NCBI GenBank assembly: GCA_002269645.1
Contig: NIVC01000099.1
Location: 434,001-498,000, forward strand
Reading direction: 5' to 3'
DNA: 64,000 nucleotides
Source of the DNA: Macrostomum lignano
Lineage: Eukaryota
The notes beneath the pieces were generated by a model. That model ran no database searches. It was not told where the DNA came from and worked only from the letters and a program-made list of their open reading frames with translations. This document shows positions 62,780 through 64,000 of this stretch, piece after piece. The stretch's first letter is position 1; each line of letters opens with the position of its first letter. The translations under genes and the position numbers were made by a program.

Positions 62780-64000
62780 TGAGGGCTAACAATTTGATAT
62801 TATTGTTAGGGGCTTATATTGTTAATAGGGCCTGTTTATATTTAGTCCCTATTTATAAATTATATTCTATATAAACCAAAGTAATAGTAGGCCTACTAGG
62901 CCTATTAGACCTATTAGTAACTTAGTAGGCTTATTAAAAATATAATTTATAAGGCTAGACCCTAATAATAAACTCAGTATAATTTTAGTAGCACAAAATA
63001 GATTAGTATAACTGAAGATAAGCACTAATTTTAAAGAAAAGGTCCCATTAGGCCCAAGCTATATCTAATAGCTTAGATATTGGTTGGCCCTAGGCCTTCT
63101 AAATATTAGTCCAACCAACAAAAGGAATCTCTTTTTGTCATTTTTGATAAGGCCTTCATATTTACATAGGCTAGGATAGAATTGTATTAGAATAGGCCTA
63201 GTTATTTTTGCTAGGCATAGGCCTAATAGTAATGAAACTTTGATGTATAACTACTTTGAGTATAAGTCAACTTAAGTTAAAATTTGCTTTTATTTATCTA
63301 ATCTTTACAACTTAATGTACTATTATAGATTCAAACTTAGCTAAACTAATAAATTCTATATTATTTTTAGCTAAATAAATGTACTCATTTCCTAGTACAA
63401 ATTTTTAAGTTGTTAGTTTATAAAGATATTGATATATTCCAACATAGTAGGTTTAACTCAATTAGAACAATAATAACTCTATTATTGTTACTTTTATGCT
63501 CTTATGCAATTAGTTATACCACTTAAATTGAGCTAAATGTTCTATTTTTATTTTGCTATGGGCTAAAATGCAGTAATTTCTATAGATCAGCTTTATTGCA
63601 ATGATATAAATTGCAAATTCTACTTTGAAAGTAGCATTCACTACTCAAGTAGAAAATAAATTTTGCCATAGCTAAAGATGTAGTTCAAAGCAAATAAAGT
63701 TTTTATGAAAGTCTTATATAAGGTTCTTCTTTGAAATAGGACAGACAGTGTCATTTAAAATTGACTATATTTCCTAGGTTGATAGCCTCAGAGCTGCATT
63801 CATATGAAACTGAGTTAATGCACATCTTATCTCAATTTTATCTCAACTAACTTAAAAAAACATTTGCCTCGCAAGTAGGTACATTTTTGTCACACTTTTA
63901 TACTTTATCAACTTCAAAATGTAACTTTGTTCATATGATTGGAAACAATATTCTCAAAGATAAGTCTAAACAAAGTATGCTAACAATTACTACACTTAGT

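Overview
Repeat-rich animal genomic DNA, most likely a flatworm such as Macrostomum (inferred from the GC3-rich spliced exons, long (ACAG)n arrays and tRNA-derived SINEs; not verifiable here). Four spliced host genes lie on the minus strand: the first exon of a peptide-type GPCR, an hnRNP L-like gene (4 RRMs, one frameshift), a SWEET sugar transporter (TM5 deleted in this copy) and a 4-exon, about 381-aa divergent opsin. The opsin keeps the retinal lysine but has no acid at either canonical counterion position. The middle of the window holds two young Ty3/Gypsy elements, one nested 16 bp inside the 5' LTR of the other. They share a PBS and a C CCA AAC -1 frameshift site and carry complementary nonsense lesions. 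The window also has an internally deleted Gypsy interrupted by a LINE, MULE, hAT and mariner remnants, three SINE copies and about 15 minisatellites. The most unusual signal is a domain-restricted CpG plus CAG/CTG->TAG/CTA hypermutation footprint (RIP-like or non-CpG-methylation-like) at about 18.7-25.5 kb and 60.8-64 kb.
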